NCBI GenBank assembly: GCA_035402825.1
Contig: DAONDZ010000005.1
Coordinates: forward strand, 8,276 to 72,275
DNA length: 64,000 bases
Direction of reading: 5' to 3'
From: a bacterium
GTDB lineage: Bacteria; Patescibacteriota; Patescibacteriia; Patescibacteriales; UBA12465
The notes beneath the pieces are model-generated. The model was not told the DNA's origin. It saw only the letters and a list, made by a program, of their open reading frames with translations, and searched no databases. Positions 49,504 to 59,588 of the stretch are shown piece after piece. The first letter of the stretch is position 1. Each line of letters starts with the position of its first letter. Both the position numbers and the translations under genes were made by a program.

Positions 49504-50523
49504 CTATTTTATCAAATTAACCTCCGGCTCCAAGACTACCCCAAATTTATTCTTGACTTTATCAATAATTCGTTGTGCTAAAGCCAGAATATCAGCCTGG
49601 TTAGCTTGCCCATAGTTAATCAAAACCAAGGGTTGATTGACATGGGTCCCAGCATCTCCTTCGCGGTATCCTTTAAAGCCGCATTGCTCAATTAGCCAGG
49701 CTGTTGGTATTTTTATCTTCCCATTAGTTTCAAAATGCTTAATTTCCGGAAATTTCTCTAAAATTGGAGCAAATTCCTCCGGACTAAGCTCCACATTCTT
49801 GAAAAACGAACCGGCGCTAGGCAGAACTGCCGGGTCAGGCAGCTTGGCGCCCCGAACCGAGACCACGGTTTCAAAAATATTTCGCTGATTTAGTTCCTTA
49901 TCTCCTAAACAATCTTTAAGGGTGCCGTATTCCACAATCGGTTTGCAGGTCTTATCTAAAGAAAAACCCACTGAAACGATGAAATAACGCCCTTGACCGG
50001 CTTTCTTGAACCGGCTTTGGCGATAAGAAAAATCACAATCTGAGGCAGCTATAGTCTGCAATTTTAATTCCGGATCATGTAAATCAACACATTTCACAAA
50101 TGAACAATGATCTTTCAGTTCTACGCCATAGGCACCGATATTTTGCACCGGTGCCGCTCCCACGGTACCAGGAATGGCAGCCAGGTTCTCTAAACCACTC
50201 CAACCTTTATCCACAGTATAAACCACTAACTCCGGCCAATCTTCCCCGCCGCCGATTAATAAGCTGACCTTGTCCTCAGCTTCCTCCAATATTTCCCGTC
50301 CCTTTATTTCATTTTTAATCACCAAACCGGGGAAACCGGCATCGCTCACCAGCATATTAGCCCCCCGACCCAAAACTAAGAGCGGCAAATTCCGTTCCTT
50401 GTTCCATGCCATCACTTCCCGCAAATCTTCTAAATTAGTAATCACGGCGAAATAACGCGCCGGGCCGCCGATGCGAAAAGTGGTATAAGCAGACAAATTG
50501 ATATTTTCTTGGATGTTTAACAT
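49504..50523 (-). CDS. murB: UDP-N-acetylenolpyruvoylglucosamine reductase
   Basis: IPGTVGAAPVQNIGAYG, SAGSFFKN, LEPEV. Confidence 0.96.
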   Translation of the reverse strand: MLNIQENINLSAYTTFRIGGPARYFAVITNLEDLREVMAWNKERNLPLLVLGRGANMLVSDAGFPGLVIKNEIKGREILEEAEDKVSLLIGGGEDWPELVVYTVDKGWSGLENLAAIPGTVGAAPVQNIGAYGVELKDHCSFVKCVDLHDPELKLQTIAASDCDFSYRQSRFKKAGQGRYFIVSVGFSLDKTCKPIVEYGTLKDCLGDKELNQRNIFETVVSVRGAKLPDPAVLPSAGSFFKNVELSPEEFAPILEKFPEIKHFETNGKIKIPTAWLIEQCGFKGYREGDAGTHVNQPLVLINYGQANQADILALAQRIIDKVKNKFGVVLEPEVNLIK

Positions 50524-50524
50524 A

Positions 50525-52300
50525 TTATTTATTAACTATATCCCCAGCCGCCTGCAAGCTTAGCAGTTTTTGATACAAACCGCCATGCTGGGACAATTCT
50601 AAGTGACTCCCCTCTTCAATCACCCGACCATTTTCCAAAACCACTATTTTGTCGGCTTTGCGAATGGTGGACAAACGATGCGCCACGATAATCATAGTGC
50701 GATGCTGACGTACCCTTTCAATGGCTTCCTGAATTAATTTTTCACTATAACTATCTAAATTAGAAGTCGCCTCGTCAAAGATTAAAATCTGGGGATTGGC
50801 CAAAATGGCTCGAGCGATACCAATTCTTTGTCTTTGACCGCCGGACAATTTCACGCCCCGTTCCCCGACTAATGTTTCGTATCCTTTGTTTAATTTGACG
50901 ATGAACTCCTCGGCATTAGCCATCTTGGCCGCGGCTTTAATTTCTTTGAGGCTAGCCCGCGGATTAGCATAGGCAATATTGTCCTTAATATTCAAATCAA
51001 AGATTTCCACCTCCTGTGGCACGATAGCCAAAAAGCGCCGATAGTTATAAAGATCTAATTCTCGCAGACTATGGCCATCAACTGAGATATCCCCCGTGGT
51101 CGGGTCATAATGACGGTAAATTAAGCGAGCCAAAGTAGTTTTTCCCGATCCCGAAGGACCAACCAGGGCGGTTACCGCGCCGGCGGCAATTTTAAGATTA
51201 ATCTTTTTCAAAACCGCATTCTCATTAGCGCGATAGTTGAAACTGACATTAGAAAATTCAATCTCGCCGCTGATACTTTTCAACTTTCGGCCATTTTCCG
51301 GGTTAGTTATTTCTGGTTTCTCCTCTATCAACTCCTGCAGACGGGAAACGCCTTCTCGCCCTTCGGCCATCATGTCATAGACATGGCTCAAACGATAAAT
51401 AGCGGTATAGGCACTTTCGCTTAAGCTCATTACAAAGACTAAAGAACCGATGCTAATCTCGCCTTTAAACACCAAATAAGCGCTCAAAATCAGAACCACG
51501 GCTCGACCGGTATCAATCAAAGAGTTTCGGAACCAATTCAAACGATTCACCGTCAGCCACTCTTTGTCTTCCTTAGTTTTGATATCTTGCTTGAGATTGG
51601 TAAAATCACGCAATTCCCGGCGTTCCTGAGAAAAAGATTGGACAGCATTAATATTCATCACCGCCTGAGCCATTTTCCCCGAAGCCTTTTCATACTGCCG
51701 ATACCGCGCTCGGCGCACCGGATAGAGACGGCGGTTAAAGGTGTAGTTTAGAATAATAAACGGTATGGTAAATATCAAAAAACCGATAGCAAAACGATAA
51801 TCAATCACTCCTAAAAATATGGTGGTGACAAACAGTTGGATAACAGTCGGCACCACTTCAAAAAAGAAATCTCCCACTAAATTGGATATTTTAAAAACTC
51901 CTTTTTCAATTTTGACAATCTTGGCCCCGGTATTTTCTCTTTCGTGATAGGATAAATTGAGTTGCAAAAGTTTTTCATGAGCCTTAATCGGCAAAAAATA
52001 TTCCAATTCCACCATAACTTTGAATAACAACTGCCGTTCAAAATATTGCAGGCTGGTCCGAATTAAATCAGTTCCCCAAAAAATCATCACCCAGAGAATC
52101 AGCCAGCCCCAATCTTGAAACCCGGCCGTCGTCAACCGATCCACTATCAATTTCAAAGCATAGGGCTTAACCACAGCCAACAAAGTCAAAAAAATTACAA
52201 AAACCGAAATACCCAGCAATCCTTTGCGAATCGGCTGGAGTAGGCGCCAAAGATTGCGCCAATATTGACCTTCGTTGTTGGGCTTATTTTCTTTTTCCAT
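50525..52300 (-). CDS. ABC exporter (fused TMD + NBD)
   Basis: GPSGSGKT, LSGGQRQR, DEATSNLD. Confidence 0.95.
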   Translation of the reverse strand: MEKENKPNNEGQYWRNLWRLLQPIRKGLLGISVFVIFLTLLAVVKPYALKLIVDRLTTAGFQDWGWLILWVMIFWGTDLIRTSLQYFERQLLFKVMVELEYFLPIKAHEKLLQLNLSYHERENTGAKIVKIEKGVFKISNLVGDFFFEVVPTVIQLFVTTIFLGVIDYRFAIGFLIFTIPFIILNYTFNRRLYPVRRARYRQYEKASGKMAQAVMNINAVQSFSQERRELRDFTNLKQDIKTKEDKEWLTVNRLNWFRNSLIDTGRAVVLILSAYLVFKGEISIGSLVFVMSLSESAYTAIYRLSHVYDMMAEGREGVSRLQELIEEKPEITNPENGRKLKSISGEIEFSNVSFNYRANENAVLKKINLKIAAGAVTALVGPSGSGKTTLARLIYRHYDPTTGDISVDGHSLRELDLYNYRRFLAIVPQEVEIFDLNIKDNIAYANPRASLKEIKAAAKMANAEEFIVKLNKGYETLVGERGVKLSGGQRQRIGIARAILANPQILIFDEATSNLDSYSEKLIQEAIERVRQHRTMIIVAHRLSTIRKADKIVVLENGRVIEEGSHLELSQHGGLYQKLLSLQAAGDIVNK

Positions 52301-53675
52301 AGATTAATTCTTGCCCCACTCTAAAGACATCGCCCGCTCCTAAAAGTAATAACAAATCTTGCGGGCGTAAAATAATCCGTAAGTATTTAACCGCCGCCGC
52401 CAAATCCTTGATATGTTTGGCCGGCACTTGACTATGAATATTAATAGCAGCGGCTAAATCTTTAGCCGATACCCCGCCCTGCTTTTCCCGGGCTGAGCCA
52501 TAGATATTTAAAACAAAAACCTGGTCAGCTTCCCTAAAACTATTGCTAAAATCTTTAAACAACGCCTTGGTGCGAGTAAAAGTATGCGGATGAAACAAAA
52601 CTAATAATCTTTTTTGCGGATAAAGATTCCTTAAAGCCATTAAGGTAGCTTTAATTTCAGTCGGATGATGGCCATAGTCATCAATAATTTTAGCTCCGTG
52701 ATAAACGCCCAAGGTTTGCAATCTTCTCTCAGTGCCCTGAAAGGAAAATAAACCTTTGATAATTTGCTCTTTCTTCACTCCCAATTTTTCCGCGGCGGCA
52801 ATCACCGCCAAAGCATTGGAAATATTATGTTTTCCGGTTAATTTAGTCTTCACCTTCCCCCAAAGCCGTCCTCGTTTATAAACCAAAAATGATTGCTGGC
52901 CGTGATTAAGGCTAATGGCCTGAGCGTAGTAATCAGCTTGAGAATCAACCAAGCTATAACTAATTAATTTGGCCGGATTATACTTTAAGATGCTTTTGAT
53001 TTTTTGATCATCAAGGTTGGCCACTAAAAATCCCGAGCGCGGAATCTTTTTAATGAATTCGGCAAAAACCCGGATGTAATCTTTCTCGGTAGAGAAAAAA
53101 TCCGGATGATCATAATCAATATTATTAAGCAAAACTCCGCGCGGAGAAAAATACTGCAATTTGTTCTGATACTCATCTGATTCCGCTACGAATAATTTTG
53201 ATTTTCCCAGTAAAGCGCTGCCCTTAAATTGCGGTACTCTGGCTCCCACTAAAACATTGGGCGACTTGCCGGCGCGAGACAAGACATAGCCTAGCCAAGC
53301 GGTAGTGGTAGTCTTGCCGTGGCTGCCGCAGACAGAAATCCCTTGATAAGAATTAAAGAGCCAGCCCAAGGCTTCGGCATAACAATACATCTTTAATCCG
53401 CGTCGCCGAGCCTCTTTCATCTCCACATTATTTTTTTCACTATAAGCTGAAGAATAAACGACAAAATCAACCTGGGCAGGAATATTTTTAATCGCAAAAG
53501 GTGACAATACCTTAATCTTAGCCCGGCGCAAAACCGCGTCGGTCATAAAAACCTCGGAATTATCCGCTCCGGTTATTTTAATTCCCTGTCCGGCCAAAAA
53601 CTGAGCCAGCATAGTCATGCCCACTCCTTTAATGCCGATAAAATAAGCTGATTTACCTAAATTAGAAATTTTCAT
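52284..53675 (-). CDS. murC: UDP-N-acetylmuramate--L-alanine ligase
   Basis: IGIKGVGM, GSHGKTTT, DDYGHHPTEI. Confidence 0.95.
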   Translation of the reverse strand: MKISNLGKSAYFIGIKGVGMTMLAQFLAGQGIKITGADNSEVFMTDAVLRRAKIKVLSPFAIKNIPAQVDFVVYSSAYSEKNNVEMKEARRRGLKMYCYAEALGWLFNSYQGISVCGSHGKTTTTAWLGYVLSRAGKSPNVLVGARVPQFKGSALLGKSKLFVAESDEYQNKLQYFSPRGVLLNNIDYDHPDFFSTEKDYIRVFAEFIKKIPRSGFLVANLDDQKIKSILKYNPAKLISYSLVDSQADYYAQAISLNHGQQSFLVYKRGRLWGKVKTKLTGKHNISNALAVIAAAEKLGVKKEQIIKGLFSFQGTERRLQTLGVYHGAKIIDDYGHHPTEIKATLMALRNLYPQKRLLVLFHPHTFTRTKALFKDFSNSFREADQVFVLNIYGSAREKQGGVSAKDLAAAINIHSQVPAKHIKDLAAAVKYLRIILRPQDLLLLLGAGDVFRVGQELIYGKRK

Positions 53676-54745
53676 AGCAAATTATTAATAATTTCCGCCA
53701 TTTTCTGACTAGCTTCTCTTTTCATCATCTTGCCCATCAAATAGGAATACTTATCACCATTTTGCAGCATTTTTTTAACGCTCTGCACCAAATCGCCGGA
53801 GGTTAAACTATCTTCGGCTAAAACTACCGCCGCCTGATTCTGAGAAAAATAACCGGCGTTGTCCTCTTGATGAGAATGAGGCAAAGGAATAAGTATCGCC
53901 GGTTTTTTAAAATAGCTGATTTCATTTAAAGTTCCTAATCCACAGCGAGAAACCACCACTTGAGCCAAAGACTCTAGGGCTAATAATTCGGAATGAGGAA
54001 TAAACTCTAAGACTTGAAATCCCGGTACCGCCGCAAAGCTTTTTCCTAAACCGCAAATCTGAATAACTTCTCCCAATTTAGCCAATTCTCCGGCCGCTTC
54101 CTGACTCAATCTATTAAGAGCCACCGAACCGGTGCCGCCGCCCATAATCAGAATTAACGGCTTGTCCTGAGACAAATTATATTTTGTTATCACCGCCGCT
54201 TGATCAGCAGCCAATTGTTCTGGATCTATTTCCTTGATAGGATTGCCAATCCAAACTGCTCTGGAACCATAATCGGCTAAAGATTTTTCAAAAGTGACGG
54301 TAATTGTCTTCGCTGCCCCCTTCATTAATTTGTTAGCTAATCCCGGCCGCCAATCCTGTTGATGAATAATTGATTTTATTCCCATCATTCTTCCTGCCCA
54401 AACTAAAGGCACGCTCACAAACGATCCGGCTGAAATAATGAGCGCCGGACGATATTTAGATAATAGATAGAAAGACTGAAAGAAAGCTAAACCGATTAAA
54501 ATAATATCAAAAATATTCCGGAGAGAAAAATAACGGCGCAATTTTCCTGACAACATTCCTTGGAACGGAATGTCGGAAGCTTTAGCCCACCTCTCCTCTG
54601 GACCATGCTTGGTACCGATAAATAAAAAACGATAGCGGCTGGCTGAGTATTTTTTTAAATAATCGGCCACGGCCAAAAGCGGGGTCACCGAACCACCGGT
54701 CCCACCTCCTGATAAAATAATTAATTTTGGCGCTATTTTTTTCAT
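53672..54745 (-). CDS. murG: Lipid II GlcNAc transferase
   Basis: GGGTGG, GNPI, HQEDNA. Confidence 0.95.
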   Translation of the reverse strand: MKKIAPKLIILSGGGTGGSVTPLLAVADYLKKYSASRYRFLFIGTKHGPEERWAKASDIPFQGMLSGKLRRYFSLRNIFDIILIGLAFFQSFYLLSKYRPALIISAGSFVSVPLVWAGRMMGIKSIIHQQDWRPGLANKLMKGAAKTITVTFEKSLADYGSRAVWIGNPIKEIDPEQLAADQAAVITKYNLSQDKPLILIMGGGTGSVALNRLSQEAAGELAKLGEVIQICGLGKSFAAVPGFQVLEFIPHSELLALESLAQVVVSRCGLGTLNEISYFKKPAILIPLPHSHQEDNAGYFSQNQAAVVLAEDSLTSGDLVQSVKKMLQNGDKYSYLMGKMMKREASQKMAEIINNLL

Positions 54746-54747
54746 AA

Positions 54748-55878
54748 TTATGATTTAACCGTCTGCCGACTAATATTAATCAAAATTCCCATCGCTGCCA
54801 AGAGGGCCAACAAAGCCGAACCGCCGGAACTGACGAAGGGCAAAGGCACTCCAGTCATGGGAATAAAATTCATCGCCCCACCAATGTTCAAAATTGCCTG
54901 CACCACCACCCAAGCCGAAATACCCACCGCCAAATAACGGCCGAATAAATCGGGAGCCCTGGAAGCAATCATTAGGCCGCGATAGGCTAAGAAAAAATAG
55001 GCGGCGATTAAAGCTAGACTAAACAAGAAACCGACCTCTTCAGCGATGACTGCAAAAATAGAATCACTCCAAACTTCCGGCAAATACATAAACTTCTGCC
55101 GACTTTCTCCTAATCCGCGCCCCAAGAATCCGCCAGAACCAATAGCAATTAAAGATTGATTAATCTGATAACATTGCTCTCCGGCATTAATTTCTGGATG
55201 CTGAAAACATTCTATTCTGTCCATTTTGTTGCTTTTCTGATTGAGCAAGATCAATAACGCCATTGCGGCTATCACTAAAATAGCGGCGATGTAGCGCCAT
55301 TTGATGCCGGCCACGAAATAAACAATCAAAGAGCTGCCTAAAATAATGGACAAAGTCCCTAAATCCGGCTGCTTGAGCATCAAAATAGAAATAGCGGCAA
55401 TGATAAAAACTAAGGGGCCTAAACTATCTTTAAAACTATTAATGCGATCGGCTTTGACCTCCAGCCAGGCGGCTAAATAAATTAAAAACAATAATTTCAC
55501 AAACTCCGAGGGCTGAACAGAAAAACCGAAAACATTAATCCAGTTCTGGGCCTTGCCATAGCCGGCTCCTAGTCCGGGAATAAAAACTAATGACAGGAGC
55601 AAAAAAGAACCGATTAAAGCATAGAGCGCCCAGGGTTTGAGATAATGATAATTAATTTTGGACAGTATGATCATCGCCGGCAGACCCAGAGCCAAACCAA
55701 AAAGCTGGTGTTTAATAAAATACAAACTGCTGCCGCCCTTGACATAACCGGCCACCAAGGAAGCGCTAAAGAGCATCACCAGACCGAAAACAAGAAGCCC
55801 AATTATAGTGATAACGAGCTTCTTATCGGCCAACTGTTCGGTTTTAGGGTGAGCTAAAGCTCCGCCGCGCCAGGTCAT
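54748..55878 (-). CDS. ftsW: Peptidoglycan glycosyltransferase FtsW
   Basis: QPSEFVK, QPDLGT, TGVPLPFVSSGGS; dcw context. Confidence 0.92.
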   Translation of the reverse strand: MTWRGGALAHPKTEQLADKKLVITIIGLLVFGLVMLFSASLVAGYVKGGSSLYFIKHQLFGLALGLPAMIILSKINYHYLKPWALYALIGSFLLLSLVFIPGLGAGYGKAQNWINVFGFSVQPSEFVKLLFLIYLAAWLEVKADRINSFKDSLGPLVFIIAAISILMLKQPDLGTLSIILGSSLIVYFVAGIKWRYIAAILVIAAMALLILLNQKSNKMDRIECFQHPEINAGEQCYQINQSLIAIGSGGFLGRGLGESRQKFMYLPEVWSDSIFAVIAEEVGFLFSLALIAAYFFLAYRGLMIASRAPDLFGRYLAVGISAWVVVQAILNIGGAMNFIPMTGVPLPFVSSGGSALLALLAAMGILINISRQTVKS

Positions 55879-55881
55879 AAA

Positions 55882-56928
55882 TTATATATGCTTGTCCAAA
55901 AGAAAAATCATTAATCCCAGAGCCGCGCAAATAGCGGCTATCAACCAGAGACGCATCACAATTTTAGTTTCCGGCCAACCCACGGCTTGCAAATGATTAT
56001 GCAAGGGGCTGGAGAGAAAAACTTTTTTGTGGCGCAACTTTTTAGAGATCATCTGAATAATCACCGAAGCTGATTCCACCACGAACACCAAGCCGATAAT
56101 CGGCAGAATAAACATATTGTTAGTCAGCATGGCAATCACGCCCAAAGTCACCCCCAAACTCATGGAACCGGTATCTCCCAAATAGAAACGGGCCGGAGCA
56201 ATATTAAACCACAGAAAAGCGATCAAAGCGCCAATAATTACCCCGCAAAAAGCGGCTAAATCATAGCGCCCCATAGAGAAAGCGATAATCGCATAGGCGG
56301 TATAAGACATCAGCAAAGTGCCGCCGGCTAAACCGTCCAAACCATCGGTTTCATTGACCGAGAAAGAAGTAGCCACAATCACTAAGACAAATATTGGAAT
56401 ATACCACCAACCAATTTCAAAATTACCCAAGAAAGGAACATGCAAAACCGTCCAATCCAATTTAAAATAGAACCAAAGGGCGCCCACCAAGGCGATAGCG
56501 GTATAAATTAACAAACGATGTTTCATTCTCAGTCCCCCGCCGCCTTTTTCTCCTTTGCCGCGAACATCCAGCCAATCGTCAAATAATCCGATTAAAGCGG
56601 AGGCGATTAGAGCAATTAGAGGCAAGAGGGTTTCTTTCTTGGTCAAAAAATTCATCTGACAAAGAGTACTGCAGTTAACGAAGCGGCTGGCTAAATAGAA
56701 AACCAAGATAAAAATTAATAGCGTCACCCAAATCAACATGCCGCCCATGGTGGGGGTGCCGGCTTTGTGAGCATGAAGCTGGCTGAAAATCGGCGTATTA
56801 CCATTATTTCTGATCCGCTTCCCCATCCGGTATTTATACAAAAAATTAGTCAAAAGCGGCGTCCAGGCAATAGTAAAGATAAAAGCCAAAGTAGACAGCA
56901 AGATGATTTTGATGATATAGAAGTCCAT
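55882..56928 (-). CDS. mraY: Phospho-N-acetylmuramoyl-pentapeptide transferase
   Basis: KAGTPTMGG, NETDGLDGL, GDTGS. Confidence 0.96.
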   Translation of the reverse strand: MDFYIIKIILLSTLAFIFTIAWTPLLTNFLYKYRMGKRIRNNGNTPIFSQLHAHKAGTPTMGGMLIWVTLLIFILVFYLASRFVNCSTLCQMNFLTKKETLLPLIALIASALIGLFDDWLDVRGKGEKGGGGLRMKHRLLIYTAIALVGALWFYFKLDWTVLHVPFLGNFEIGWWYIPIFVLVIVATSFSVNETDGLDGLAGGTLLMSYTAYAIIAFSMGRYDLAAFCGVIIGALIAFLWFNIAPARFYLGDTGSMSLGVTLGVIAMLTNNMFILPIIGLVFVVESASVIIQMISKKLRHKKVFLSSPLHNHLQAVGWPETKIVMRLWLIAAICAALGLMIFLLDKHI

Positions 56929-56935
56929 AGAACAA

Positions 56936-57352
56936 TTATCTGAAATTAATAAGGTAAACCGCTAGCAGCGATAACAACAACAAAGCATTGACCAAAATGG
57001 CCGTTGCCAGAAGCACATGAGAGACTAAGCTAAGATTTTTCTGTTTAGTCCAAAAAAGCAAAAACAAGAAATCCAATAATATAAAAGTTAATCCGATAGC
57101 CGGATTTAAAAATAATTTTTGCCTCTGGCCCACCAAATCAATACCAAAGTCCACATTATAATGAAGCACGGTCAAATTCGGTCCCATGGCTCGATAAAGC
57201 AGAAATGACCCCACCCAATCTAGAAGATTGATAATGCCGGCCACTAGAATATAAACTCGGACGTAAGTTAAGCCCCAGGCTAATTTAGCCGCTATTTTCA
57301 AGTTCGTTTTCCCCAAAGACGCATAGTGCGCCAATTTGCCGACTAGAAGCAT
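56936..57352 (-). CDS. Small membrane protein
   Basis: Three TM segments, LHYNVDFGID. Confidence 0.75.
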   Translation of the reverse strand: MLLVGKLAHYASLGKTNLKIAAKLAWGLTYVRVYILVAGIINLLDWVGSFLLYRAMGPNLTVLHYNVDFGIDLVGQRQKLFLNPAIGLTFILLDFLFLLFWTKQKNLSLVSHVLLATAILVNALLLLSLLAVYLINFR

Positions 57353-57474
57353 AAAATAAAGATTTTATAAATAATTCTCCCTTCCATTATAGTACATTTT
57401 AAAATAATATAAAATAGTGATATAATTAACCGGAACTCAATTTTATTAACCCCTCAGACCACATTTTGAATATT

Positions 57475-58137
57475 ATGGCAAGAATAGCAATCATCATCCC
57501 CGGACTAAACGAAGCCCGTTCCATAGCCGCAGTAGTGAGCTCGGTCAAACCCTTAGCCGAATGGGTAATCGTGGTTGACGACGGTTCCACCGATAATACC
57601 CGCCAACTGGCTCAAGACGCCGGGGCTTTAGTTTTAACTCATAAAATAAACCGCGGCCAGGGCGCCGCTTTAGAAACCGGCGATCAAAAAGCTAAATCCT
57701 TAGGCGCCGAGATAATCGTCCACTTTGATGCCGATGGCCAATTTCTGGCCTCAGACATCGCTAAAGTCTGCGCTCCAATTATCAACGGTCAAGCCGACAT
57801 CGTTTTCGGTTCCCGTTTTTTATCCGACAACCAACTACCCTGGGCTAAAGCCAAGATTATCATGCCCTTAGCCAAAACCTTAAGCCGTTTAATTTGGAAC
57901 ATTAAATTAACCGATCCCCAAAGCGGCTTCCGGGCTTTCAACAGAAAAGTAGCCGACACTCTCACCATTGAAAATGACCGCATGGCCCATTGCAGTGAAA
58001 TCATCATCAAAGCCCATCGCAATAAATACCGCGTCCAAGAAGTGCCGATAACCGTAATCTATCACCGCTTCGGCCAAAACTTCGGCGGCGGATTAAGAAT
58101 CATCAAAGATTTAATTTATAAAGCAATAACCAAATAA
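57475..58137 (+). CDS. Glycosyltransferase family 2 (polyprenol-phosphate glycosyltransferase-like)
   Basis: VVDDGSTD, NRGQG, DADGQ, DPQSGFR. Confidence 0.92.
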   Translation: MARIAIIIPGLNEARSIAAVVSSVKPLAEWVIVVDDGSTDNTRQLAQDAGALVLTHKINRGQGAALETGDQKAKSLGAEIIVHFDADGQFLASDIAKVCAPIINGQADIVFGSRFLSDNQLPWAKAKIIMPLAKTLSRLIWNIKLTDPQSGFRAFNRKVADTLTIENDRMAHCSEIIIKAHRNKYRVQEVPITVIYHRFGQNFGGGLRIIKDLIYKAITK

Positions 58138-58138
58138 T

Positions 58139-58456
58139 ATGTGGCAACAAATTATCGCCCTAGTCATTATCCTCTTCTTCATCTGGCGCCTGAGCTTGCA
58201 AAAGAAGAATAAAAAAATTAGCCGCAACGAATTCCGTTTCTGGCTCACCTTCTGGCTAATAGCCGCCTTGGCGATCTTAGGATTAAAGATGATAGACAGA
58301 TTAGTGATCCAATTAGGGCTTTCCGGCGCCGGTATCAATTACCTGCTCTACATTGCTGTCCTCTTCCTGTTCTATCTTTTATTCCGCACCCGATTAAAAA
58401 TCGTCAAAATTGAAAAAGACATTACCCAAATTACTCGCGACGAAGCCCTCAAATAA
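58139..58456 (+). CDS. DUF2304 family membrane protein
   Basis: Three TM segments, C-terminal KIEKDITQITRDEAL; typical partner of GT2. Confidence 0.8.
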   Translation: MWQQIIALVIILFFIWRLSLQKKNKKISRNEFRFWLTFWLIAALAILGLKMIDRLVIQLGLSGAGINYLLYIAVLFLFYLLFRTRLKIVKIEKDITQITRDEALK

Positions 58457-58464
58457 TATCAATT

Positions 58465-59553
58465 ATGAAAACAGTGCAATTAGTCTGCGTCTATCCTCCC
58501 TATGCCGGCGGCATTGGCACTAGCGCTTTTAATCTCAGCCGTTATTTTAGCTGGGATACCATTACCCTAAACCAGGGCGCCAACCAGCCCGCTGACCGAG
58601 TGAGCTACCTATCTCCTCTGATTAGATTTGGCCATGCCGCCTTGCCCTTCTCTTTGTTTAGCAAACTAAAACCATACGATCTAATATATTTCCACTATCC
58701 TTTCTTTGGCGCCGGATTAATCCTTTTTTTCTTCAAACTTTTTCATCCCCGAACTCGTCTCATCATCCAATATCACATGGACACCGGGGACCTAAAAGGC
58801 ATGAAAAAAATCCTAGCCTGGCCGGAAAGGATAATCAGCTACCGGCTTTTTAACTTAGCCGAAAAAATTATTGTCTCTAGTTTAGACTATGCCAAAAATA
58901 GTGAAATAAAAAGATACTATCAAAAACATCCGGACAAATTCGCCGCCGTCCCCTTTGCCATTGATACCCAAGTTTTTTGTCCGCAAGAAAATATTCAACG
59001 TGCTGACACTCAAAACATTATCTTCGTCGGCGGTTTAGACAAAGCTCATTATTTCAAAGGCGTGGATAATTTAATAATCGCTCTGAGCCGTTCCAAATTA
59101 TCAAAATGGCAATTAACCATTGCCGGCACCGGAGAGTTGGAAAAGCAATATCAGGAACTAGCTAAAAAATTAGGCGTGGGCGAAAGGGTAAAATTCTTGG
59201 GAAAATTAAACAACCAAGAAGAATTAATCGCCGCCTATCGGCAAAATGACGTCTTAGTCCTCCCTTCCATTAACAGTCATGAAGCCTTCGGCATAGTCTT
59301 AATTGAAGCCCTGGCCTGCGGTCTAGCTGTTTTAGCCTCTGATTTGCCGGGAGTGAGAAGCGTCTTTAACGAAGCAGAAGGATTAAAAGCCATTCCTAAT
59401 GATATAGAAAATTTAAAGGAAAAACTAACAGAAATATTCTCTGATCCTCAAGAACTCCTTGCCCGGAAACAAGCCGGAAGAAAACTGGCGTTAGAGAAAT
59501 ATGATACCGAGAAAATAAAAAAACAATTAAGAGAAATAATAAAAGAGGCTTAA
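58465..59553 (+). CDS. Glycosyltransferase family 4
   Basis: EAFGIVLIEALACG. Confidence 0.92.
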   Translation: MKTVQLVCVYPPYAGGIGTSAFNLSRYFSWDTITLNQGANQPADRVSYLSPLIRFGHAALPFSLFSKLKPYDLIYFHYPFFGAGLILFFFKLFHPRTRLIIQYHMDTGDLKGMKKILAWPERIISYRLFNLAEKIIVSSLDYAKNSEIKRYYQKHPDKFAAVPFAIDTQVFCPQENIQRADTQNIIFVGGLDKAHYFKGVDNLIIALSRSKLSKWQLTIAGTGELEKQYQELAKKLGVGERVKFLGKLNNQEELIAAYRQNDVLVLPSINSHEAFGIVLIEALACGLAVLASDLPGVRSVFNEAEGLKAIPNDIENLKEKLTEIFSDPQELLARKQAGRKLALEKYDTEKIKKQLREIIKEA

Positions 59554-59588
59554 GCCTCTTTTTTGGTAATCAGTATTAACTCAGCAAA

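Noticed and set aside
50207-50215. DnaA box TTATCCACA
   Set aside because: Single copy inside murB; no box cluster or dnaA nearby
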